A DNA stretch of 64,000 bases from assembly GCA_905178155.1 (NCBI GenBank), contig CAJINV010000033.1, positions 84,736 to 148,735 on the forward strand, read 5' to 3'. Source of the stretch: Amoebophrya sp. A120 (taxonomy: Eukaryota > Protista > Dinoflagellata). A model generated the notes under the pieces. It saw only the letters and a list, made by a program, of their open reading frames with translations. It searched no databases and was not told the DNA's origin. Made by a program: the position numbers and the translations under genes. Below, in pieces: positions 1 through 13,000 of the stretch (position 1 is the first letter of the stretch; the number at the start of each line of letters is the position of its first letter).

Positions 1-1520
1 ATATCAAAAGTGCTATCACTCTTGTTAGCCCCTGCACATCAACCAGAATCCACTGTGAGCATAGGCATACCTAGTATCCCTTTCTCTAGAAAGGCGTGCC
101 TGCTTGTACAGTGGACAAGAAACATTTAGCTATGTAGGAGCACCTTTTCAAGCGGAAAAGAAATTCTAAAATGGAACTACAATGTTGACCTCCTTTTGAG
201 GCGGAAAAGGAAATCAGTTGAAAAGTAGAATAACAAGAGAGAAACAACCAGTGGACCAACATTTTATTGCACCCTCGAGCTGGAAGCGGGTAAATTTTGC
301 AAAAGGCAGAACACTCGTGGTCCGCGATACGAAATGGTGCGTCTTGCGGCCCTTGCGGCAGGACAAACTACATGTACTTCTACTGAACGTATGGCGCCGC
401 GGCCCACATATTTCGTACAGGGACAGGAGTAACACAACCGGCGCCCACTACAAATCAAACGAAAATTGTTGAGCGAGCTCTACTCCGAGCTTGCAAAAAA
501 CAATGAAAAAACACCGGGTCACAGTTCTTGACTATGACACGATGACGGACCCACTATGAGACCTCCAAGTAGAGCCTCTCACCCTCATCGATTGGAACTG
601 CTTTTTGTACATTATTCAAGCGTTGTAGACCTCAGCTTCAAGAATTCGAATGTGTGCTGCGCCCGCACACGACGCTGCGCCGAGAACCCACACGAGAGAC
701 TTCACGAAGAGATGAATCCGCTTGCATATTGCCTTTTTTCTTGTTGTTCTACTACTTATCGATTTTGATAATTCACTTACACTGTGGATTGAGTGCACTT
801 CTGCCACTTTTCCACCGTTTTTTCGAATTGAAGCTGCGAAGTCACCACGTACAAAAGAAAAATAGATGTTGCAAACGAAATAAGAGGTCCCCGTACGAGA
901 TCTCCACGCCACATGTACTTCATCGATCTCAAAAAATGTAGATCTACAGGCACAGATGCTTGAAGTGATTTCTCAAAAGACATGACACCACACTGTGAAA
1001 TCCACCGTATACGGATCCGTACGTACGAGAAGGTCCGAGAAAGAAAGATCCTGAGTCTTGATCTAAAAACAAAATCAAACATGGTGTTGAAGGTGATCCA
1101 TCACGCGCAACGTGGCGAATTTGAAGAAGATCTTCCCGATCAACGATACTTGTGCGATCTTTTCAACCATTTTGCAAAACGACTCTACTCCACTGCTTTC
1201 ATCGTCTCTGCTGCTACAGTGGGAGCTTTATATATATATTTCTGATATAATTATAATCTTAATCTCCGAAAGAGGAAGACAAGAGCAGGGCACGTGGCGT
1301 TGTGCACAGAATAATTTGATGTTCTACAACAGCAAGTGCATAAAGTTAATAAAGTTGTAAGAACTAAAAGTAGGCGACCAACATACAACAACGCTAGTAG
1401 AACCTGCGACAGAGTAGAAGTTGTCACTTTTTGATACAAAACTACAGTTGCTTTTTCTTGTACTATTCTACTTTTCCGTGCTGTATGAATCAAAAACACG
1501 ACATTAGAAACTTTTAGATC

Positions 1521-4500
1521 ATGGGGGGTTTTTCGCGGCGCAACCGGAAGCAGAGCCAGCAGGCTGGCGGCGAAGTGAGCATGACTTTGTCCCTGCTGCA
1601 AGACCGGATAAAACGGGACTCTCTCGCGTACAAACAGGAGTTTCAAGCGCAAGTACAGCACTTCGAGTCCGTTCTCGAGCTTTTGCTCCTCAACCCGCAG
1701 AAGCCCTCGAAACAGTTCGATGAGCAGGTGATGTTTCTCGCGCACGTATGCCCCTATTATGAATACAAGGACTTCCCGCAGAAAATCATCAAACTGCTGA
1801 AGGAAAAATCCAACTTACTCCACGCCCAAACGCGGAAGGTGCTGGTGCAGGCATTGATTCTGCTGAGGAACCGGAACCAGTACGAGTTGATCGACGCCCT
1901 GCCGCTCCACTTTCAGCTGCTGGCTTTGGACGACAAAAACGTCCGGTCCATGGTGCACACCCACATCGTCCGCGATGTGCTGCGCATGAACGAGAAGAGT
2001 CAAAACATGATCGAGAACAAGAAATTGCAAGGGTTTTTCTTCGCCCAGTTGGATCATGGGAATAATAAAACGCAAAATGGGATGAAGAATGTATCCAATA
2101 CAGGAAATAATAATAACCTCCAAAGTAGCAACAGTTCGACGGTGTCGGTGGGGGACGCAAATTATACCGCAAGTTCAAGTGGCAGCCCTAACACGATCGT
2201 GGCAGCGCGGAAGGCGCTGATCATCCTGATCTCGTTGTACAAGAAAAATATTTGGACCACCGCCTCGGTCGTCAACGCCATCGCGCAGGCGGTTCTCCAC
2301 AACGACATGCACGTGGCCAAGGCGGCCGCGAATTTTCTGTTGGGGAACACGCATTTGGTTGCGGAGGAGGATGGGGAGGACTCGGAGGATGAAAACAAGA
2401 AGGAAATCGGCAATGTCAGCAAGAAAGTATTGGATTCGACGTGAAATTCACTTTGAATATGATTTTTGTTTTCATCTGTCGATCTTTGTATATTTAGATT
2501 TGACTCATCTAGTTCTTATTTCTGCTTCGCGTGATCGGCACACCACATTATATGCCTATACGAAACTTCCGCTTCCCCAGGTCCTTGGTATCAAGCGGTT
2601 TGCGAAATCGGGTCAGAAAAAGAAAAAGATGGAAAAAGCGAAGAAAAAAGCTCTGAAGTCCATGAGCGGGAGCAAAAAAGCGAAATCCGGTCTCGAGAAC
2701 AAGCAAAATTTCGCGGCGATTGACCTGCTCCACGACCCGCAGAAGCTGGCGGAGCAGTTGCTCGTCCGGATCATGCGCGGGAACGAAAACTACGCGTTTC
2801 GGTTGTTGTTGCTGCAGCTGACGAGTAGGTTGATGGGGCGGCACAAGCTGATCATCCCGAATTTCTACCCCTACTTGCAAAAGTATCTGTCTCCGACGCA
2901 GCGCGAGGTCACGACCGTTTTGGCGTGCCTAGCGCAATCCTGCCACACGGAACTGGCTTGTGAGGTGGTCCGGCCCGCGGTGGCGCACGTGTTTTCGACC
3001 TTCGTGAATGAGACCAACGCACCGGAGGTATACAGAATTTCACCGTATGTAACATGTGCTAGCTATAGTAGTATTTGTACTTTTCAGATGGCGTAGCATG
3101 TGGTCCTCGGGTGCTCTAAATCCTAAACCCTACTTAAGTGGCTACTTAGTCTTCGATGCGTATGAAACGATGAGGGAATATGTACTGCCTCCAATAAAAA
3201 GCATTATGCGGTCCTAACGGATGAATCATATCAAAATTTTTTTTGATCTACCAATTTATTTGCGCTTTACTCATCATTCTCTTCCTGCAAAACCAAAATG
3301 AAAATTTCCCAACCCAACAAAAATCTCTAGGTGATCACGGTGGGTATCAACAGTCTGCGCGAGATCGCGTGCCGCGTCCCCCACGCGCTCACCGAGGAGG
3401 AGGTACACGACCTGTGCGGGTTCCGAAAGTACAAGCACAAGGGTATTCCAAGTAAAAACGTCCCTACCCCATAGTTGTCATGCAGATTTGCAGTTACAGA
3501 AAGATTTGCAGTGCGCATCCCCATGAGAGGCATTTCCAGTTGCGTTTTGGACTCTGTAATGCTATAAACAGGATGCGTAGATGGATTTGTGTTGCGGCTG
3601 TACTTGCCAAACTGCACTACAGTACAGAGACGAACTTGTCATGCGTGACTCCCAAGACTTCTCGACTTGTGTTGCGAGACCGCCATCTTGACTCTGGGGT
3701 GGGGACGTTTTTACACAGAATAAAGGGCGTCCGCGTGGGCGTGAAGTCGCTGGTGAACATGTATCGTGAACTGAACCCCGCGTTCCTGCAGAAGCAATTC
3801 CGCGGCAAGGAAGCGGCGGAAGCCTTGGCAAGGGGGGAACTGAAAAACAATGGCGAGGTCACCGCGGAAACGTTGTTTGGCCAGGGGATGGAGTTGCTCG
3901 CTGCGCGGAAACTGCGGAAGGAGGAGAAGAAGAGAGAGAAGGAGGAAAACACCGGAGCTGATTCAGGATCGGAGGAAAATGACTCTGATGCCGCAGAAGT
4001 AGATTCTGATGCTGAACAGAGCATAGAAGACTGGCTCGACGAAGAGGAAGAGGATTCTCAATCAGGGACCGAGGGCGATGACGAGAATGATAGTACGGAA
4101 AACATCAAGCCTACGACGAAGAACAGCCCTCCTGGAGGTAAAAATAATAGCACAGTAGACGTCAAAAAGACGGTCAAGAAAGCTGGTGCATCGAAGGCGT
4201 CTACTTCGGATGTTGACGATGCTTGCAAGTCCAACTCAAAGAAGCAAGAAAGAAGGTCAAAAAGTAGCTCGAAAAAAGAGAGTGAAAAGGATGCAGAATT
4301 GTCAAATTCAGAGGAGGAATCGGGCTTCGAAGATTTAGAGGAGGAGGACTTCAGCGATCTGGAAGAGGAAATCTCAGACTTCGACGAAGTTCCTTCCGGC
4401 TCCGAAGCAGAAGACGAAGATCTTGCACAAGATGGTGCAAATAGCGACAGCGCGAACGACACGAAAAATGATGATAGTACTACTTCCCGAAAGCGACCGA

Positions 4501-5216
4501 CCAAGGAGCTGTCGAACGCGACGCGAAAGAAGCGAAAGCTAGCCGAAAAGCGGGAGGAGAAGAGACAAATGGACGAGAAAAAACAGAAAATCGAAGCCGC
4601 GGCCAAGAACATCATGATGGACCAAATTTTGGGTCCGGAGGACTTCAAAAAGATGCGAAAACTCCAGGCGCAGAAGGCGATGCAGATGCAGACCGGGCGG
4701 GGGCGGAAGAAAAACGCAGATCCCTATGAATTTTCCACCGATACTAGTTCGGATAGTGACAACGAAAAGGATAACTCGGATAAAGAGAACGACTCCGACG
4801 ACGAGGATGGTTCGGACAACGACATAGAGTCCTCTTCCGACGAAAATCTTGACCCTGCGGAGAAAGCCAAGAGGGAGAAGCAGAAGCAGTCGAAGAAAGT
4901 GTACAACGATTTGGATTTTTTGGATCCTTCCAAGCTCACCGGCTTCACACGGAAAAAGCACGACAAGCACACACGCCTGCAATCCGTGAAGAAGGGGCGC
5001 GAGGGGCGGGAGAAGTTCGGGCAGAAGAAACAAACCCGGACCGGGGGCAGCACGAACAAGGAAAAGAGAAGGAACAAGCCAATGTTGATGCAAATCCAGT
5101 CGCGACAGGTTCGAACCAAAAAGAACGGGCAGAAGGCCACCGCGAAGTTGGCCAACCTGCGAAAGCACATTGGCAATCTGAAAAAGGGAGGCAAACACCA
5201 GAAGCGGAGACGATAA
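1521..5216 (+). CDS. SDA1: SDA1 family 60S ribosome biogenesis protein; exons 1521-2426, 2581-3027, 3331-3443, 3728-5216
   Basis: N-terminal LQDRIKRD..AYKQEF, central VGINSLREIACRVP..KYKHKGVRVGVKSLVNMYRELNPAFLQKQFRGK, and C-terminal STNKEKRRNKPMLM match SDA1. Two GT-AG introns plus one introner keep the frame. Confidence 0.92.
3444..3722. mobile_element. Introner family B (non-canonical intron in SDA1)
   Basis: TIR tattccaagtaaaaacgtccctacccc / ggggtggggacgtttttacacagaata; direct repeat aaggg; removal joins KHKG-VRVG. Confidence 0.92.
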
Positions 5217-5944
5217 TGCACCTAGTAGTATATTTTGGACAAAGACGTGAAAAAATGGCTAGGAAGATGAATTATTTTTGCTCTTTGCTGGGCCTGGGAA
5301 TAAAAATAATTCATCATGCGGCCAGTAATTATATCATGTTTGTCGAAAGATTGAACGTGCGACCACTAGAACCACGCTCGATTTGGTACATGAAAGGCGT
5401 CCTCCTGAAGCGGATTTACAACAGTGAAACTGGAAGATGCGGCGCTCTCATAGTGTACAGTAAGATGAAGACACATTTATTTTTTTACTAATCGAGACTC
5501 TGACTCGCCGCGGTCTCCGTCTACCTTCACCTTCTTCCTGCATCCTAGGAAATAAGTAAGCCCATGCGCCGTCCTTAGTTGATGTGGACCGCATTGCTCT
5601 TGTGTTCTGCAGAATCTCATTGATGTTGCAGGCTCCGTGTGTGTTTTGCTTTGCGTCGTGCGGAGGAAGGAATTTCGGTCTGTTTTAAAAATTTGGTTCT
5701 ATTTTTTTCTTTTGATCATGAATTTGTCGGATGCGGTGATCCCGGTCTTCCTTGGTATGCTAGTGATCTTCTATCTAGAAGTGCCAGTCCTCTGCAGAGG
5801 ACTGTTCCGGAGCTACAAATTAATACCTGATATTCACTCATCCAAAAGTGCGGGTATGACTTAGTCACCTTGTTCCAGCAACGTACGTAGTTTAGAAAAG
5901 CATCTTACTCAACCATCATTCCAAGAAGAAATTCACAAGCAAAA

Positions 5945-6419
5945 ATGGAGCAAGTGGCGCGAAAAATTTTCAAAAAGTACCAGGCGGAAACACCTGACCG
6001 CATCAAGTTGCTCGATCTCTACGCATTCTCCTTGGCGCTCGTGGGTATACTTTTACTTGTTTTATTGCAACAGGTTTATGGTTAACGTGCTTTCTAATTC
6101 TATTATTTGATTCCTTTGCTTCGTCACCCCGACGCATGACAGACGCTGGTTGTTTCTCGAAGATCATGTGCTACAAACATGCATCAAATCCACATCAGGC
6201 GCTGTTCTTTTCGTCTACGTGGTGATAGTAGGCACGTTTCCCTTCAACAGCTTTCTGTCAGGCTTTATCGCCGCGATGGGCACGAGCGTGATCACAGTGT
6301 GTCTTCGGGTCCAGCTCATGGACCCCGATACGTTTAAGCTCAGCGTGGAAAGAATGATTGCCGACTACCTGCTTGCAAATCTGTGTTTACACATTGCCTG
6401 TATTTGCTTTTTGGGATGA
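5945..6419 (+). CDS. DAD1: Oligosaccharyltransferase subunit DAD1/OST2; exons 5945-6044, 6199-6419
   Basis: TPDRIKLLDLY and VGTFPFNSFLSGF signature; one GT-AG intron. Confidence 0.95.
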
Positions 6420-7030
6420 CATAGAAGAAGGTCGTCCGCAAAAGGAGGCTCAAATGGATATTAGCGAAGACTTGCCTGAGAATACAGGAACAGACAGAGA
6501 ATGAGTGACAGCCAATCGATTCATCTGAACAAGAAGAAACCCCGTTTAGTCTTCGCGCTGCCACCTCTCGTCCTTACCAGCGCGCGATGTTGAGTAGAAG
6601 CGAAGCGGCGACTTTGTTCTTCTGACCACAAGAACCCTCGCAGCAGCGGTTGCGGGATAAGATTCTGACATTTCTTCTTGAAATACAACAGGAAAAGCAA
6701 CAAAAATACTTATCAAAACTGAAGAAGAAGATCCGCAAGAAGGATGGATCCCTATGGTTTTTGTTGAAGCTGCTGCTTGATCATGTTTTTCTTTCTCTTC
6801 AAACTCGCTGTTGGTTCCTGCGAATGTTTTTCATTGTCCTCTTGTCGGGAAAACTGTGAAAAAGACAGGATCTGATGTTCTTACCACCTTGCTATGCCAA
6901 GGAAGGCTTTAGATACTATGATAACTACATGAAAGATTGACGCGTAAAAATCACCTGTGCATAGTTCTTTTGAAGAAGGTGAGGTTTATATTTTAGTTTT
7001 TTTGAGAAAGACGAGAAATGGATACAAATA

Positions 7031-10000
7031 ATGGTGGTATCTGAGTCGTTTGCAAATTCTGGTGCGCCAAAACCAGCAATGACTTCTCCGGAAGGAAGTC
7101 CTGCTTTGCCAGACGTTCTTGGCCCGGGTGGTCAGGAAAATTTCCACCACAGAAGCGCGCAGGTGACGAAGTGTGAAGAAGAAGGAGAAGATGTTGGTGC
7201 TGACAACAAGGATCACAGCACAGATGATCCTTTTGCACCACAACCAGCTGCAGGCAGCACCAACCCCATCAGCCCGAGCAGCAACACAAACAAGGTAGAG
7301 GACGAGGCAGTACGGGATTTGAAAAAATGCATTCTCCGCAACACCAAGCAGACCAGCCTGAAGCGCTCGGAATCCGAGCCCGACTTGAGGCGCAGTAAAA
7401 TGCGGTCGGGCCGAATTGCGCAACCCGGCGGCTTCCGGAGACACTTTGTCTTGACGCACGAACAAGGAGCAGCGAGTGGATCCTCTCTTGAGGCTGCTGG
7501 AGAGAACAAGCATCAAGGTTTGCTCCACGTTTCGTCTTCGGGCCGGACTCTCGATAGCAGCGATGGTAGTTCTACGATCCGGGAAAAAGCCAGCAGCCTC
7601 GCACCGCAGCTCTACCGGAATCGTGGGCAGTCGTGCTTGGCGGGCGGTAGTAGTACTACAGGTGGAGCAGCTGCAGCAGCAGCTTCTCCGGCTCCGCGCA
7701 CACCTCCTATGGGCGCAGGCGCAAATCATGCGACTGGGGTCTTGACGAGGGTGATTCAGGGAGGACTCTTCACTGAAGACACCAGTCCGGTTCTTGGCGA
7801 GGATAGTAAAGAACACCACGACCTCCAGGCGGGCGCCGTTGAAACAACTTCTTTTGATGCAACGGCGCGAGGACAAGGCGTCCAAAATCCTGAAGATGGC
7901 GAAATTGATGGTCACGCTGTAGTAGTTGGCGAGAAGATTAAGGCCGCTCCACGGTTGAGCAAGACGTGGAGCTTTCCGGTTTCGTTTCAAGAAATGCAGG
8001 AGGCAAACAGCTCGTGCAGCGCCACTGTGAAAGACAAGCCCGATAGCAGCTGTGCAACGCAGGAGCAAGATGACAGAAAACAACCAAGCAGCGCGAAGAT
8101 GAAAGACACTGGAGTAGATCATGGGCAGCTAATTCTTTCTGCCGACGCAGCTCCTGTGGTCGCTGCGGGTGCTGGCGCACCTCCGACGAGTTGTGCCGTT
8201 GCTAGTACTGGTGCTACAACCGCTACGGCTCCTCAAAGTTGTATCAAACAAGACGGCAACAAGCTGACGAAGCAGAACCAAAGCGCTCCGGGAGTGTTGG
8301 AGTGTGCTGCTGCGTCCAGAAACAAGAACGCGCTTGTTACCGAGCCGGCTGTTTCCGCCGTTTCGGGACACGCCGACGTCCCGGACCTTCATCAAGGAGG
8401 CACAACTTCTATAGGTTTAGAAGGTGCTGACAATAATATAGTACCTTCCTACCCCTGTACTAGCACCCGCTCCACGAGGACGTCGTCGACCTCTGCCGCA
8501 GCTACGATCGTCAGCAGCGTCGCTACAGTGCTTCCCGTCGCTGCGGCTGCAAACTCTGCGAAAGTGGTGCGCAGCGCTGCTGGCCACGCTAGTACAACAA
8601 CTTCTGCAACTGCGAAAGCAGCTGGATCGAGTAGAGCTACAACGGGCAATAAAGTTGCTTCGTCTAGTACAACTACAACTATTTACGGTACCTGTGCAGC
8701 TTCTGCATCCTCGAAAAATCAACAACCTTCAAAAAACAAAAAGAAGCAGCCAAACCTTTCCTACGCACGCATCCCGCTCTTGTCCCAGTTGTTGGATCCT
8801 CGGTTCGCGTTTCCCGGTTTTTCCGCGGACGAAGAGGACGAAAGCGACACCGAAAACAGCAACGCAGCGTTGAAAGCCGTGCAGCAGCGGTTGACATGGA
8901 CCCCGATTTTGGAACTCTCGGACGATGACGAAGAACTGTTGTATGGCAGTTCAGAACAACTCGGAGATAGTTCTTGTGAAGACCATACGCGAAATAGAAA
9001 TTACAGCCGTAGCATCTACGGCTCAACATCGTCAACACCGGACAAGCTGCGTGATTTCGAGAACAATGCGAATGAGCTATTGGTGGACAGGCGTCTCCTC
9101 GGCAAGAGGAACAAAGCCACCACTCCACCCCTGCTACCGAACAAGGGCCCAGCCGACCGTGGCATCAACCGGGCTGGAAGTAGGAAAAAAGAGCACAACA
9201 GGCTGGATGATAGCAGAACCGCGTCTGGCTCAAGAGCAAAAAAGCTGAAGCATGACCGCAGTCGACGTGCCAAGGCCGCGAATCAAATAGGATCATTTGG
9301 AGGTGGGGGTCTCGGTGGCGAAGATACCACACCGGAAGAAATTTCCTCGACGCTGCGGCATGAACTACATCACGAAGAAGTCCACGACTCGGCTTCGTCA
9401 GATGACGATGAAACGCAGGCCCTGCTTGCGCGCACTCTGACGGCGACTAGCGGACCCAATGGCACTACTACAAGTACTACACACGTCCGGAAACTGGTAA
9501 CAGCGACGAAAAAAAGGGAAAGCACGTCGAGCTTGAAGAAAGGGACGCAGAATGAAAAGTTTGCAATCACTCCTGGAACTACTACATTAGCGACACAAAG
9601 TGCCATGCCAGAAAAGAAGGTGAGTCGCGCGGCCACGATGACGACGGTTTTCATTTTGACGAAAAGCATGATTGGAACGGGAATCTTTACCTTGGCGAGA
9701 CCGCTGGGAAAGGCGAGTGTTGTGAACGGCTCGCTGGTTTTCACATTTATCTCCTGCCTCTGCGCCTACTGCTGCTTGTTGCTCATCCGAGCACGAAACG
9801 CGCACCACGACCGATTGAGGAGTGCGGGGCAGACGGAAATTTCGAAGGTGATAAAGATGTAAGTATATGCGTGGCGCCGCTTATCATGACAATAGGGGAC
9901 GTAGATGGAGATTTTTGTAGTACAACGCAGGTGAACGACTGGAAGTTGATGCAGAAGAGTAAGTACCGATTGACAATAGTGCGTGATTGTATTTGTATTG

Positions 10001-13000
10001 CCAGCCATTTTATGCTTATGTATGAAATCTGTATAAAAATTATATCAACTACACAGGACCAGCTCACGTTCGAATCTCTCGCCGCCCACGCGTTAGGGGG
10101 AAAGTGGGGCAAGATTGTTTTCTCCTTTTTTCTCCTCGCGGCGGAGTTCGCCATGGTGATCTCCTCGTGTATCGCCATCGCCTCTGCGTTGTCCGGCGCT
10201 TTCCGCAATATCGTGCCCGAGAAGGTTTTGGGGGACAGTGTGTCCCGGGAAACGGCGCTCTTACTCGTCGTGACGCTATTGCTGATTCCGCAGTGCTGGG
10301 TGCGGAAAATCAAATACTTCGTCTACAACAGTTTCGTCGGTGCGTTGACGACGCTGTGGTGCTTGTTCTACGTGTTGGGGTCCAACACCTTCCAACTGAT
10401 TTTCGAAGAAGCGGCGACAACACCTCCAGGTCTGAACTCGGTGGTATCAAAGCCGGAAACTTTGGTGGGACAACTGCCAGGAGGCGTTCTCCTGTCAGAG
10501 ACCGCCTTGATGGCAGGAGCATCTTCTCTGTTAGAAGATTATACACAGGAGCATGGAGCTACTGGAAGTACTTCTAGAGAACAACAAACATCAGTGCTAC
10601 AACAAGCTGCTTCGCCAGTTGTCTTTTCGGCGAACCGAGCGGCTCGTATGCGCGGCGGTGCGGAAGCAGAAGGTCTTAATGAGGACGAAGGTGTTCCAGT
10701 AGTTCTTGGGGACGAGGAGGAACCAGCAAGGCCAGGCACGAGCTCATCACCTGCGGGCGAGTTTGTTCCGGGAGGAACCCTTGCAACAAGTAGAACCGCA
10801 CCTCCTTCGGAAGGTCGTGACCAGGAACAAGGGCAGCGGAATTCTGCGGAAGAACGGATGTCCCCAGGTGGTGGTGGTGGTGGTTCACCATCTCCTGTTG
10901 TTGTTGACCAAGATGTAGTTGCACAGCCGTTTGATACCATGCCAACTTCTCCTCCTCCCTCTCCTCCCTCTCCGCCCCTGCACCACCACACGCGACACCC
11001 ATCAAATCGTGAAGGTAAGAATGATGACTTGAACGCAGCCAGCACGACCCCTCTATTTGATCGTATCGGTCTTCCCGACCAAATGACCAACGCGTTCGCT
11101 CAAGCGGATGAAGATCCACCAACGTCGAGTAGTACTAAAGGCCCAACAAGACAACAACTTCTCCCGAAAAGACCGCGGTTGGACAGCCCGTTAACCGAGG
11201 ACTTTCTTTCTAAGCACGACCAGGCTATTGGGGCCCGCCCGATGGGAACAAGTTTTTTTCAAAACGCCCCGGATGAAGTTGTAGATCCGCGCTGGAGCCA
11301 GGACCCGCTGAAGGGCGGCAAGAACAAGAAAAACTACGCCAACGATCAGGAAACGGGGCGAAGCCAACTCACCGAGTCAACCCGACCACCCGACAGCGCT
11401 ATTCACAGCGGCATCCGCAGTCCGGTGAGTTCGAGCTCGGACGTTTCGCGGATGGGGGGAGCGGACGGGGGGTCAGCCGAGCAGGAGAATTTGCTGGACT
11501 TACTGCTGGAGCGAACTACGACGAATAATGATGTTGGTCGTGAGACAGCCACCGGTTCTGCTGGCCGTCTTGCGGAACCCGACGCCTCCTCCTCGTCCGG
11601 CTTGATGCTGTACCGAACTTGCACGACCGAGGGGGAGGATGGTGCGCGAATCGTTTCTTTGGTGCCAAAATCGCCCAGTGCAGCGGAGGATGAGGACAGC
11701 GAGAAGAGTCCCGAGGTTCTTGTTCCACCTGTGGCTTGTTCAAACACGGATCATCCGGGTGTTGAGGGCTGCGGTGGTGCAGCACTTCAACAAACTGGCG
11801 CAACATTGAACCCCGGATCGCTTGCTCCGGCAGAAGACCTTGATGAACGAACTCGTGCCCCCCACCTCCGGAGGGCAATATCTTCGCCACTTTCATCTGG
11901 TCAACAAAACTGTCCCCCACCCAAGTCGAAACCCCCGTCGCTGAAAAATCGACGACGTCCCTCGCCCCTCGTCACCCGCAACAATGCAGCAGCTGCTGCA
12001 CCTCCTTTCCGCCGCGAGTTGACCCCGCCGGACGAAGCGGATGAAGTGGAGACGAGCCAGTTGTTGGAGAAAAATCCACTGGGACAGCAAGCGCTTGGAA
12101 CAACTATTCCGGGAGCTGCTACTGCTCCTTCGGCCGGCGTTTATCTTGCAGGTCAAGATGCAGTAATTTCGTCGTCCAACAGTAGCTCATCATCTTCACA
12201 ATCGGCTGCTCCAGACGGTAAGAGTCCGGGAGCTGTTGGTGTTGTACTTCTAGAGAACAAGACCAGCGGGGGCACAGGGGGTGCAGGGGATGGCAGAACA
12301 GGTGGTGGTCCAGGGGATCATGGCAGCGGGGGTGTGGTGCATCAACTAAGCGAAAATACAAGTAGCGGAAAAAACACCCCAGCTGCACCATCACCGCTGT
12401 TGCAAAACGGTTCGAAAACTAGTTTAAAGCCGTCAAATGAAATTTCCGGTGCGACATCAACCCCACAACTTCGAAGCGCGCAAACCGCAGGCCCCAGCAC
12501 AGGGAACAAGAGCAATTCCAGCGTCGGGATCATATCGGAACGCAAATTTTTGCAACCAGGCGGAAGTGCTGGCGTGTTTCTTGCGGCCGATAATTCCGAT
12601 AAAAATTCGGGCAGAAGTGGAGGTGCAGACAAAAATGAGATCATTTTCGGAGTACTACCACCAGAACTCGCCTCAGGAATATTAAAACAGGGAGGCACAA
12701 CAGCAAATACCCGTGTTCGAGGAGGAGGCCAACCTCATCCACGACAACCCGGCAACATGATAGTACCTGCTCCTCTCTCGTCGTCCTCCTCGTCGTCCAC
12801 CCCACTTGACATGAACGATCCGTACGACGTCGATATTCAAAACGGATCAACAGCGCCGACCCCAAGAACTTCTACTGCGACTTCCATCAATTGGTATGTG
12901 CCCGAGGATTTTATGTCACTCGTCTCCCTGGCTGGAATGACCCTGTACTCCGCGGAGTATATCCCAGAGAAAAAAGCTGGCAGGGCACATTTGTAATGCA

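Noticed and set aside
1-1500. Short ORFs upstream of SDA1
   Set aside because: No recognisable motifs or coding-like bias
3115-3135. cctaaaccct as a telomeric seed
   Set aside because: Fewer than two full units; chance-level
3617-5221. Minus-strand ORFs over SDA1 (and similar ones at 6986-8122, 21415-22341, 42406-43338)
   Set aside because: Antisense shadows of real + strand exons with no recognisable domains
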